From contig JAQGDQ010000110.1 of assembly GCA_030141605.1 (NCBI GenBank), positions 434,001 to 498,000 of the forward strand: a stretch of 64,000 bases of DNA, written 5' to 3'. This stretch comes from Tubiluchus corallicola (Eukaryota; Animalia; Priapulida). Positions within the stretch are counted from its first letter, which is position 1. Every line of letters begins with the position of its first letter. Shown piece by piece: positions 52,800 through 64,000 of the stretch. The translations under genes were made by a program, and so were the position numbers. The notes beneath the pieces were generated by a model. That model had not been told where the DNA came from and ran no database searches. It worked only from the letters and a program-made list of their open reading frames with translations.

Positions 52800-53871
52800 C
52801 TGAAAAATTGAATATCATAGAAAGATTATCAATACTCAAAGCGATTTTATATCAGTGGTAAATTATGTAACAGAAAAATTAATAAACCTAATGGTTTATA
52901 GGTGTCGGGTTCAAAACCTGACTTGTTTGTTAAACTTTCTCATTTTGTTGACTAGGTGGTTATTATTTTTTATAAGTAATTAGTTTTATAAATTTTTAGG
53001 TTACAATAAATACCATCGAGATATCAAATCAATCATGAGGACATAAACATTGATTTTTTTAGATTTTTACTCAACTCGATAAACTACTTATTACATAGTA
53101 AGTAAACAAACATGCAAACTGATCAAATTATAAACAGCAGTGTTTAAACTGAAGCTGTTAGCCTGTTTTTATTTAACAGAATATAAAGCTCCAAACGAGA
53201 AACTGATTTTTCAGGCAACTAGTTAGTTAATTAGATAGTTGGCTTTACCTACTGACAACGTTTACAATAAATTTGTAGATGATGGTCATGTAATAGCAAT
53301 ATCAGTCCAAAAATCCAAAAAAGGTACGTAAGAAGTGTATATAAATACACAGTTCCGAAGTAAATCGCCTTACGTGAGAACTGTGACGTTCACTTTTATA
53401 GTTTACTAATATTTTTAATTATAAAGAAAGCATTTTAAATGTTCTTAATGTCCGTCATACAAGACTCATTAAGATCACAATTTAATGTTTTGAAACAAAC
53501 AGAAAATTTATTAAACGCTAATAAATTAAACGACACTAACAGCCTTCATCGTATCCATTCGGCTTGCTTCACAAAACTAAACTACTTGCTAACGCAATCA
53601 GATCCAACAATCAGACAAACAATGCAATAAGTGCTGCCATCTATTAGTGACAATGCAACATGATTAACGAATTGCGATGATTAACACAATGAGCTATATG
53701 CAATGCATTGAGCAATTAGCAAGGATACACAGTGAACTCCAGAAATATTAAAATCATGCAGATAGACTTAGTTAACTTAGTCTGATGTTGTATCTTTAAA
53801 GTTAATACGAAAGCAATAGATAAAAATATTTTATGTGTAACAAACAGGTAAGGTTATCAACGTACGCTTAC

Positions 53872-53905
53872 CTGTACCTGCTCGTGAGCTGTTCGCCGAA
53901 CCCAT
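53872..53905 (-). CDS. First coding exon portion MGSANSSRAGT(D): N-myristoylation consensus MGxxxS
   Basis: Exon 53965-53872 is bounded by acceptor cactttacag and donor CAG|GTAAGC. ATG at 53905 (CAAATGG) with an in-frame upstream TAA. 34 nt = phase 1, joining 52799 in frame (G+AT = Asp). Confidence 0.75.
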
Positions 53906-54329
53906 TTGCTCCGCTATTAGTGGCTTCAGTTAAAATGTGTACCTGGTGAAGCCATCGCTATTGATCTGTAAAGTGACATTTTCTTATGAGTAGAGCTTAT
54001 ACGACGTACGCAAGTGAATACGACTGTAATTAGGCAGTTACAGAGATTTACCTGAACATGCCTATATAGGTAACTAAGTAATAATAGTAAGTTTACCAGA
54101 ATGATTCACCTTCACCGTTACAGTAAATCACGGTAAACAGATACAGATAACCATATTAGTGACCCTCACCTGACTCAAAAAGCCGAAGAGTGATGTTCGA
54201 TACATTATTAACAGGTAATAATCGCTGTAACAAGTTATAGGGGAAGCATCTTAGCGAATCATATCTAACATTACGTCTTCTTGGATATAAATTGTAATCT
54301 GATCTGCTTATAACCCGTTAGAAATGCGT

Positions 54330-54850
54330 ACAGGCATTATAAAGCACAAACGCACAGTTGTATATCTGGGACCTAGAATATCTGATAATGTACCTCTGAA
54401 TGATGACACAACTAAGGAATATAAATCCAAATGGTACCACTGTACAAAATACGGTCCTACGTACATTCCACTTTGTATTAGGAAATATGTATTTTTTGTT
54501 TGTATTACGAATTGTATAATGTGAAACATGAGGAAAAGAGCGATGCAAATTATTGAAAAATAAATACATGAAGATGATAAAAGGTACGGCTGGGCTCAAA
54601 TGGTCAGTAATAAATGATTTAGTATTATTTGATTTGTGTATACCATCATTGGACTCTTTAATAGAACAAAGGCAAATTAATTTGTGGTATAATATTATGA
54701 AGCGAGATAACGACAACACTTTGAAGATATTGCTATTACACTGTATCCGTCAAAATAATTGTAAATATATAAATTATTACAAATTTTTGGTTGGCAAGAA
54801 TAAATCTGGTGAAATAGGAAAAGACTGGTTAAGGTCGACATAAGAAACCG
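54330..54850 (+). mobile_element. Possible decayed LINE ORF2 fragment
   Basis: VYLGPRISD and INDLVLFDLCIPSLDSLIEQRQINLW resemble post-RT LINE segments; weak and frameshifted. Confidence 0.4.
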
Positions 54851-55139
54851 TATACGTGTAGCAGCAACACAATGAAGAACCAGTATTATTTGAGCGTAAA
54901 TAAAGGGTTAACTTCCTGGACTTTATGATGAAAGAAAATTGTTTACCATAGCCTGTAGAAATGTTGTATGAGTTAATTTCTCATGATGTCACGAACTGTT
55001 ACAAAAGAGTGTAAGACTAGTCGCGCCGAGTCGGATCAGCAATTTTCGAGTTGTACGGTTTGTGGAACAACTTAAACAGCATGAACTAGCTTCCAGCCTA
55101 CTGAATGAAAAAAAATTCTGTATTATATTGCTAACGACT

Positions 55140-55614
55140 TTCGTTCACTCTAACGTCAATTAAAAAAGGCCAAAAATATCTTTGCCCAAAATACCGTCCT
55201 ATTAGCTTAACTAGTGTTGTATCAAAATTTATGGAACATGTTATTTGTAGCTCTCTTATGAATCATGCTGACAACCATAATCAGGATATCAGCTATAAAA
55301 TAGGATCCGTACTCGGGCTGTGTCTATTCCTGCTGCTTGTTTGCTGACGACACCATGTCTTACTGAGTGTCTTAGCCAGGGCAAGTGGGGCGTGTGTGGC
55401 CCCATGGGGGGGGGGGGGGGAAGCACCGGGGAGCGGGCGCTACCATGGTTGGCGCCCAGAAAATTTTTGAACTGCTAGAACGCCGGAGAAGCATTTTCGA
55501 AGAGAAAATATGGAGTTATACAGTTGTTAAAGGAAAGAACAATTGAAAGAAAAGTTGCTTTATTCTCAAGACCAGTCCTTAATACTTGTCAACACCGGCA
55601 AACGGCGCGCGTGC

Positions 55615-55685
<71 letters not shown>

Positions 55686-56510
55686 GAGGCAGTATGTTCG
55701 CATAAAGCAAAAAAAATGTTACCTTGGCGCGAGGCCCCCCTGGGGAAGTATCCCCACTCCCCCCCCTTGAAATAGGCCCTGGTCTTAGCAGTAATGGATG
55801 AACAAGATGCTAGAATACTTCAAGAGGATCTGGACAATTTTGTAACCTAGTCAAGCAAATCGAAGATGGGATTTCTTCTAGACAAGCGAGAGATCAACAG
55901 TAAAACAAGGAAACGCAACCCAGTGAGATATAAAAATATGCTCTATGGGCATCCGTTAAAGTATGTGGACTCAGTCAAGTACCTTGATGTCAATATCTTT
56001 CGCGATCTTAGGTGAACTGATCACGTAGAATGGATTACATCTAAAGCTAATTCTACTCTGGGCTTTATGTGGTGAAATATTGATGTTAACAACATACAGA
56101 TTAAGAACGAGCATATATGACTTTTTCAAGCGCCAATACTTACGCTTGAGTAAATTCCAATAAATTGAGCTGGAATCAGTTCAAAGAAGAGCTGCAAAGT
56201 TTACCTTGAACCATCCATAGGAGAAGATCCATAATGACAGAACTGAACTGGTGTCTAGCTGAGCGACGCGGGATGGCTAAGCTAGTGATTTTCTATAAAA
56301 CCCATAACATCTGGTAGCTGTTGACATGCCTCTCCAGGTAAAAATGTCACACTCTTCACGAAAGGAAAATTTATTCGAGTAAAACGTACCCTTGTCTACT
56401 CGCGATTATCACATTCACTCATTTTCTCCACGCACTGCAAGGGAATGGAATCACCTGCCAGAGTCAGAAGTCCAGCTTGGTACTCTCGATCTGTTCAGGA
56501 GTGCTATATC
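55140..56510 (+). mobile_element. Decayed LINE ORF2 (RT through C-terminus), interrupted by a MITE
   Basis: KKG...YRPISLTSVVSKFMEHVI, LFADDT, ILQEDLD, KYLDVNI..DLR, ITSKANSTLGF, LESVQRRAAKF and SFSPRTAREWNHLP in the canonical order, with stops and a large internal deletion. Confidence 0.9.
55377..55781. mobile_element. 405-bp non-autonomous hAT-type element (MITE) with 8-bp target-site duplication
   Basis: Termini CAGGGC...GCCCTG; perfect flanking direct repeat GTCTTAGC at 55369-55376 and 55782-55789; internal poly-G, poly-C and (AG)n. Confidence 0.9.
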
Positions 56511-57813
56511 GATCTATGATACTACTGTTATCTAAACTGCATTAGGGTACTTCATCACATGTATAATGTGGGGTAAGGTGTGAGGAGCTTGGAGATCTCT
56601 TTCATCACTGCACTACTGTAAATAGTTTTTTGCACTATATGAAGTTTCATGCTAGCGCGACAGTCACAAAGCTGAGAGCACAACTATGTGTTAGAGTCTT
56701 CAATTTGATGAAGTTAAAGTGTTACCAAAAAGGGGGAGGGGGAGGAGAAGAAGAAGAAGATGATGATGATGATGACGATGATGAAGTATGCTTGTGCTTG
56801 TATGTCGTAACTGTAATAAAGGTATAAACTTTATTGGAACTGGTGCCCACTAATTACACTTGTCGTTACTAAAATGGAAGAAAGGCATGTAAGGTTATGA
56901 ACTTATTGCAAATTAATTAGTGAACGAATAAATATCAGATTCTTATTAGTGACTAATCCAAGTCCTTAATGAGACGCATCGCACAAACTGTCCACAACTT
57001 AAGTCTACCATCAATTTCTGCACAAAATATCAGGGATGATTAATTGAGATTAACCTGTAAGTCTGGAGGTGCAATTACCACTCGAAATTCGTTCAATCAG
57101 TGGAAGTAATTGAATCACATATTAACGAACTGTAACTGTGCACATCTGTAGACTCTGTGACTGTCAAGTAAAGGAACTATTCAAAAATGGATTTGAGGTA
57201 CCTACAAGCCTCATTGTTGCAAACTTCAACATAGGTTGCAAAGAAAAAAGATTCTTCTATCAGGTGTCACTCAAAGACTTTTTGTTCTGGATTAAACTGC
57301 TCTCTAATCGACATCCGAATGGGATGCTGTAATTATGCTTATTAATAACTGGCATCTTGAATCTTCCACCTCAAACGGGAGATATCTGTTGAAGTTCGCA
57401 CGCGAAAACAATGGAAAACGTCTTCAACTAAGATTTTAACCTCAGTGTCTAGTAAGCAAGACGCCCCGAATCTAAATGGGGGGAGGGGGCAATTTCTTAC
57501 CACTTATTGTTCGTGCCAAATTCTATCTCAAAATCAAAGAAGAGTATAATTAAAAGATTTATACATTACTCAAATTTAGCTAATAAGCTATTTACAATTA
57601 ATTAGTAGATGTTCGTAGCATTAAGCAAATACTCATTGGAAAATCGTTGGTTTGTCCTGCGTACGCAAGAACGCAATTGATCTTCATGTAAATCTACGTC
57701 AGGTGCTGATGATACGGAAATAATTGCTTACATGAGCAGATATTTGTAAATAAAATAGCCACAGATCTTGATCAGTTGTCAAAATAGGAGAATGGGGAGC
57801 GAAAGCGAGAGAT

Positions 57814-57814
<1 letters not shown>

Positions 57815-57852
<38 letters not shown>

Positions 57853-57900
57853 GGAGGGAGGGAGGGAGAGAGAGAGAGGGAGGGGGGGGGGAGAGACGAA
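57815..57900. repeat. (GA)n / (GGGA)n purine-rich microsatellite
   Basis: Directly visible. Confidence 0.9.
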
Positions 57901-59863
57901 GAAGGAGAAATGCATGTTAAGCAAATAATTATTGTGCGTATTAATGTAATTATTAACCCACGTTTATAGATATTAGCATTAGCCTTTGATAACCACATAC
58001 AAGTGCTCATATCAACAATGATTAATTTTCCTCATCTTCTTAAGAATAATTGAGTTTTTCCATTAACATATACCGATTTTCTGCGAGTACCTAAACTTAC
58101 TATAATTAAGCGTAGCCGTAGATTAACATAAGTTCATTACTTTTCAGAAGACAAATTGCAAGATATAGTCTAGATTGATTTCATATAATACACCAGGTAC
58201 AAACGATCATTATTTTCAGCAAAAGTCATCTTTTACTCAGTTGATGAAGGCAGACATTTGATTAATGTTGTTATGAAGTAATAAATCTGAATTGTAAAAG
58301 TGTTTTAATGCTTTAAAAAGCTACTATAATTTATGTTTCTTTGAAGCCTGGGTGAGTTAGGGCTCTATAACCACTTGTTTGAGTGTTCACTGTTTGTCTG
58401 TCATATTAATTTTTAAACCGAGTACAAAATGTGAGACAGATTTCGCATATATATATATATATATCTATACATATACGGACAAAGTGAAAATTTTAACATG
58501 ATCAAACTTTAGGAGGAATTATATGTATTTTACGGTTAAGCAAGGACCTCTATAACAAAAAACGTTATTGATAAATCAAGAAAGCATGTATGTTAGAAGA
58601 CAGCAAAACTTTGATACACCTTAGAAAAATTGCAAAAGCACAATCTGAAAAAAATTAATCAGACTCGCGTTTTTCAACAATGGCAATAACAGCACATTCA
58701 GACAGGAATAGTGGGACTTGAAAATTCAATTCGAGAAAATTTAATTTGGGCAAAATTTAATGATATAGAAATTTCAGTGTGATTTTATCTGTTTATTACA
58801 TGAAATTTTTCAGGTACATACCAAAGTGATTGTTATGATGTGAAATAAAATTTAATGCTTGTATGTACTTGTAATTATATTTCTGTATTTTTGTACATTT
58901 TTTATCCTGTGTTTAAGTGTTGCTCCTTCTTGAATTTCAGAAATGGATTTGTGTGCACTCATAATGAAAATTGTCACATAAATTAGTAAGACAAGCTATG
59001 TTCTTCATCATTTATCTGATGATATGCAATGGCCTGAGTGTGTAGATATACAATTTACGTGTCACGTCCATTTTAGTTATAGAGGTCATTGGGTTAAGAT
59101 ACACGGCTACAGTTATTGTGTATTATTCAGTTATTAATATTATTCATTGTGTTACATCTACTAACTTTGTAATTTGCATGCATGTTTTTCTGTTTCTTTG
59201 TGCGTTATTTACATATTATTTTATATACGTTCATTATTTTATTTTATATACTCTTCTACTTGTTCATACACTTGCACGGTGAGGATTCATGTTATCAGTT
59301 TATTGTCTACTCTAAACCATAATAAACTATGATACTAAACTTATTATTTATATACTATGATTAGAGAAACACGGAACAAATTGGAAAATGCTAAGTATAG
59401 ACAATGCCAAGGAAAACAGGAGAGAGGGTAGAGGGAGAGAGAGAGAATTAGAGGGTATAGACAGAGAGAGGGTGCGGGGAGGGGGGAAGAGAAAAGGGGA
59501 GGGAAACGTAAGCATAAAAAAGATTACCCGTTCTACCGCACGCTGGTAGTAAAATTGATGAAAATTGTGTCTTGAAAAACCTCAAATAGCGTAACACCGC
59601 AAGCAAGAATGATATCACATCACAGTCAGGTGTACGCACCTTCTATCACGTCGTATAAATTCCAGCCTGTAATTAAATTCATCAGCATTCGGGTCTTGCA
59701 CAGTGTAAGAGCTTCTGAGCATCTGCTGAATCAGTATAATAAACCCTAATGAACACTGCTTCGCTATTCGGTCATAACGATGTTAATGCGACTGCCAGTA
59801 TTAATTTTATCTAGTTAGACTGAAATATGTGGCACGTAAGGCGTAACTATAGCAACCACTTAC

Positions 59864-59950
59864 CTGCGTGTGCCTAATGATTTTCAATACTTCACAGGAT
59901 TTGGCGACGTTTTTTTCTTCACAGGAAAAATTTTATTTCAATTTCAACGT
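59864..59950 (-). other. Candidate non-coding 5' UTR exon of the minus-strand myristoylated-protein gene
   Basis: Perfect donor CAG|GTAAGT on the minus strand at 59864/59863. The 53965 acceptor needs an upstream exon. The 5' boundary is not determined. Confidence 0.3.
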
Positions 59951-60480
59951 TTAATAATTAACATTAGCTACGTCATGCAGTATATATGTAGCAACAGCAA
60001 CAATGCAAATGCATTAATGCTGCAAATCTATTATTAATCAATACAGTTGTATTAATTATCTTACATTTGATTTATTTGAAAGTGAAAGTCCCGCTAAAAA
60101 TGCATGACCACTTGGCGGCAAAAACAAGCTAAAAGTAACGTATAATCCAATTCAATGTTATTCATTTTGATATACGATGTTAATAATACAACTGCAATTG
60201 TGTAATAATACAACCTTGCATTTGCTGCAACATCTCACGTGGGTACGCTGGTTACTTGGTACACAAAATAGATATGTGTCAAAATGAACTTAGTAAATAT
60301 TAGCTTTTTATATAATGTCAAATCTATGTCTCATGCGACACTGGCGATTTTAATAGTGATAATTTTATGCGTGTAATTTCTTGTATAATATTATGTGTCC
60401 AATGTCCGTAAAGATAACTGTTTTTGTAAACACATATAATAGCACTTTTGAAGGTATGAAAGATTAAGTCAATAAAAGTC

Positions 60481-60483
<3 letters not shown>

Positions 60484-60518
<35 letters not shown>
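60484..60518. repeat. (TC)n microsatellite
   Basis: Perfect dinucleotide run. Confidence 0.95.
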
Positions 60519-60520
<2 letters not shown>

Positions 60521-62279
60521 CCACCTCTTTCTCTTTTACCTTCTTTTGAGCTCTCTCTCCCACTTTCAATCTTATTAGTCTCAAGTGGCGTTTATGTATC
60601 ATGCGGATGCCGATGCGTTTTCCACCTGCGGAACAGCCTGAGAAATAGCCTGCGGAAAACGTCAATAAGAAATAGCTGCAAAAAATGAATAACGCATACG
60701 CAGGCTCCATAAACGCAACTTTAAGTGTGACATATCGTAACTGGTTAACTTATAAAATCGCGTTTTACTATCAAAAATTAACATTACGTAAAATTGCACC
60801 ATTGAAGTATAAAGATTTGAACTTTAAGTGGTCTAGTCAACTAAACTTTGTTTCAACTTAGAATGAAAGCCGAGCACAGCGTTTGACCTAATTATTGGAG
60901 TCAGTGTTCGAGCCTTTCTGAGTCACGAGACTGCTACACAGCTGTAAAAGCGACTGTTCTGTGAAGCTATTTTTTGTTCGATGAACGGACTTTGTTTGAA
61001 GACCTAAATCATTGACGCAAATTATGCAATTTAAGTATTTTACCCAAGTTAACATGGCTATTTACCAGAATTATTCTTAATTAAGCCAAATGATTTTACC
61101 CGTTGAACTTAAAACGTTGTTTATACGAATAAAGCCTTTGTATTATGTTACAGTCGTACCATTTATTGTTGCATCATTTAAACCAAAGTACTACAACGTA
61201 CGGAAAGCTGTATTGAAGATAGTTTTCATTTGTTCCCAAAATGGCGAAGGAAATGAAGAACCTATGCGAGAGAAGAGAAAAAGAAAGGTCAGGCAGGAAT
61301 AAAGAAAAAAATCGTGACAAAGAATAATAAATAGGGACAGGATTCAAATAAGTAAAAACAAGAGAAACGGAAGAAAATCCTATCCACATAATAATCTTTT
61401 CCAAGCATCTTTCTATTTTAGATATTTCACTTCTCAGTTAAGAAGCCAAGTAGATCGCGTGGCTCCATCTAGTGGCGTTACGCTAAACTGTCATAAAGTA
61501 AACACAGACTACAGACAGAAAGGGTGAATGGCCATTTGCAGCAGTCTGCGCAAATTAAAAGCAATAACAGGAAAATGAAAAACATCAAACACAACAGTAA
61601 GTAATCCCTGTAGTTTTTTGATCACACGATAGGGGCAGCATAAAAGGGGTGACGAAACAAAGTGGTGGCTATAAGAGGTCAACTACACTGGTAATTTCCG
61701 TTGTGCACTAAGTCTTGTCGTGTAAACCTCCAAGTAAAAAGATAATTACTGTGTAATTTTAATAGCAGAAAATCAAAAAGTTGTGTAAAGATATGCAGAC
61801 AGACAATTAACTTTAAGAAAAATATAAATATCACTAACGTAAAATTTTATTAGTAATGTTCGACAGAATAAAACATTAGCAGACATTTTAGCTCAATCAC
61901 GATGTAACATTTAATACTTTAATACAGTAGAGCAGTGTAATTTTGAAGCCGCTTGGCCTATGGATACGTAATGCAAACAATTAACAAATACATTCGTTAA
62001 TTGTTAATGATTGTTTTTATGCAAACCCAATCTTATATTTTAGTGATACAGTTAAAACACAGCACAACAAAATGAAATGAAATTCGTTAAAATAAAACAA
62101 AAGGTTCCAACGAACGAAATCAGGCCTCAAGTGCTAAAATTTAATTACAGGTTACCCGTTAACTTGACTTAAGTATGATTTAAGCTAACTTGACTTGAGT
62201 CTGTACAAAATAATAATTACACGAAGCATAACACATAAAGCAGCGCACATATTATACTTATTAGCTTTACTTGTATCAG

Positions 62280-62649
62280 CAGGACTGGATGTTAACCTTT
62301 TGGGGGCCCCAGGCTAATGAAATTAAGGGCCCCATCGGGCGAAGCCACCCTCTCATTCGCCCGCACCTGCCTTGAATTATTTTTACTTGTTTATCTCAAA
62401 TAAGGAGCCACAAACAAGGGCCAGTTTTTAAAAACTGGGTTTTCAGATTCCCGGGCCTCCTTTTCAAAGCTGAAATTTTAATTTAAATTAAATGAATTAG
62501 TCAGCCATACAAAATATTAAAATATCATAGTCGTTTTTCAAAAAAATAATTTGAAAATCTTACAGGGGAGTCCTTCAGTCTTGGGTCACCCCCGAGCTTG
62601 CGGGCCGTACGCAGCAGCCTATACTAACCTATAGGATAATCCAGCCCTG
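62280..62649. mobile_element. MITE-like element with CAGGACTGGAT...ATCCAGCCCTG terminal inverted repeats
   Basis: 10/11-nt TIR match and internal ggggcccc/gggccc motifs; the flanks (cttgtat / cttgcat) give only a degenerate TSD. Confidence 0.7.
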
Positions 62650-64000
62650 CTTGCATGACTATTAAAGCGCTGATAGCAATAGTCACTATCAATTTTATAT
62701 ACTAAGAAATAAATAATGTTATATTTAGGCCTACGAATATAGCCTTTCTATGCCTCAAATTCAGAACTATTTAAATACATGCAATGATAAACGAAGGGCA
62801 AAGAATAGAAACATTGCACCGCTTGAAGCGCTAGTTATTCTACAAGATTAATGACAGACTAATGTTAATGCAACACTCATCTCCTGCTAAAATTGTCTAG
62901 ACTATCGTATGAATTAGAGGCAATGAACTCGTTCCAGATTCTAGAACTGTTCCTTGCAGGGGTGAACGCTCCAGATACTACACCTCTCTATAGATTTGCT
63001 TATAACACCCAGCTGGGACAGTAGCCTAACCACCTCTGGACGCCAGCCAACAGCGCAACATTCAGAAACGCTTACTCTGTGAGTTACATGGCTTCACGAG
63101 TGTTTGGCAATGAATCCCTTGTGTTGAGGAAACGCTGCGTCAGCGAAGAAAAGTTCACGAACTCGTTTTTTGTAGGCAAGTGTAAATACAACCCGGTTCC
63201 TAGGCGTTGATGCACCAGTCTTTGAGAATGGCGAATTTGTTTATACGATCGCTGGCAACGGCGCTAAGGATCAGCTGGTAAGCCTTTAAAACTGACATGT
63301 CTGCGCAAATATCGACACGAGCAAATCGTTTAAGAAAACGACGAAAGAGACGGAAAAAACTTTCTACATTGATGTCTTTAGATAGTTACATCTAGCAAAC
63401 TTAATGTGTTGTCGGCTGCTCTTCCAACATAAACAAAAATAGATCGCAAAAGGTTCAAGTGAAATGCACAGCCTAGAAGTTGTGGAGACAATCTCATACT
63501 TCGCTAGACTGGGTGGGCTACCAAATTGCTTTATAGATTTATCTGGCAACTTTTTGATGTGAAAATTAGTTTTTTGTTGAAAAACATGTACAAAAGCAAT
63601 TTGTTAATAGAACAGCGCTGACAAGCCAGATTGATTATTTACAAATGTTCAGGGTAACGTTTTAACAAGCATATGCAGATTAAAATTAAAAATCATGCTA
63701 GGTTTAACATGGTAATCGTCATACTTTCAGACCTTTCAAACCTCCCATCCGGAGAAGCCGAGTGAAATACAACCAGATTCAGAATTCACACAAAGAAACT
63801 AACGGGTTTCTTTGATATCACGTGATTTCTCGGCAAACACATGAAGCCATGCTTGAGTCAGCCAAGCGTGTCCGGGGTGGGTGAACAGGTGGCTATCCCA
63901 GAAGCATAAATCAACACTAATTCACATTGTGTTCCCAAAACTCAGCTGCACACATAGATTAGTAATAGATGTATGAGTAATAAGTTACAGTATAAGTAAC

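Noticed and set aside
52800-52839. ORF-track start (TTG) for the 297-aa protein; likewise the TTG starts at 35151 and 9356
   Set aside because: These lie in intronic polypyrimidine tracts upstream of clear AG acceptors; the real N-termini come from upstream exons.
62930-63550. Relatively GC/CpG-rich block with a minus-strand donor (about 63074) and a 32-codon ATG ORF
   Set aside because: Could be a promoter or 5' exon, but nothing in the sequence ties it to a gene or a known family.

Overview
AT-rich eukaryotic (animal-like, probably invertebrate) genomic DNA with introns, microsatellites, decayed LINEs and MITEs; there are no prokaryote-type features. Three protein-coding loci can be reconstructed. 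(1) A + strand spliced gene with phase-compatible exons at 6401-6459 (alternative 4182-4231), 9418-9630 and 35168-35570; it encodes a short, mostly disordered protein ending in a polybasic/di-Cys/CaaX tail (KKKKCCNGCTIL), with an RVxF-type motif (KKVTW) formed across the first junction. (2) An LRRC14/PRAME-family LRR gene with an uninterrupted CDS at 40373-41836. (3) A - strand gene (53905-53872 joined to 52799-51946) encoding a predicted N-myristoylated (MGSANS) disordered protein with two YxNP motifs. The long intron of gene 1 holds a near-identical 8177-bp tandem duplication (11716-19892 / 19893-28066). It starts inside a 23-bp satellite and ends at a 100-N gap whose flanks overlap by one base. 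Most ORFs in the supplied track are repeat artefacts. Gene models rest on splice signals and phase only, and no clearly new multi-gene system is demonstrable from sequence alone.
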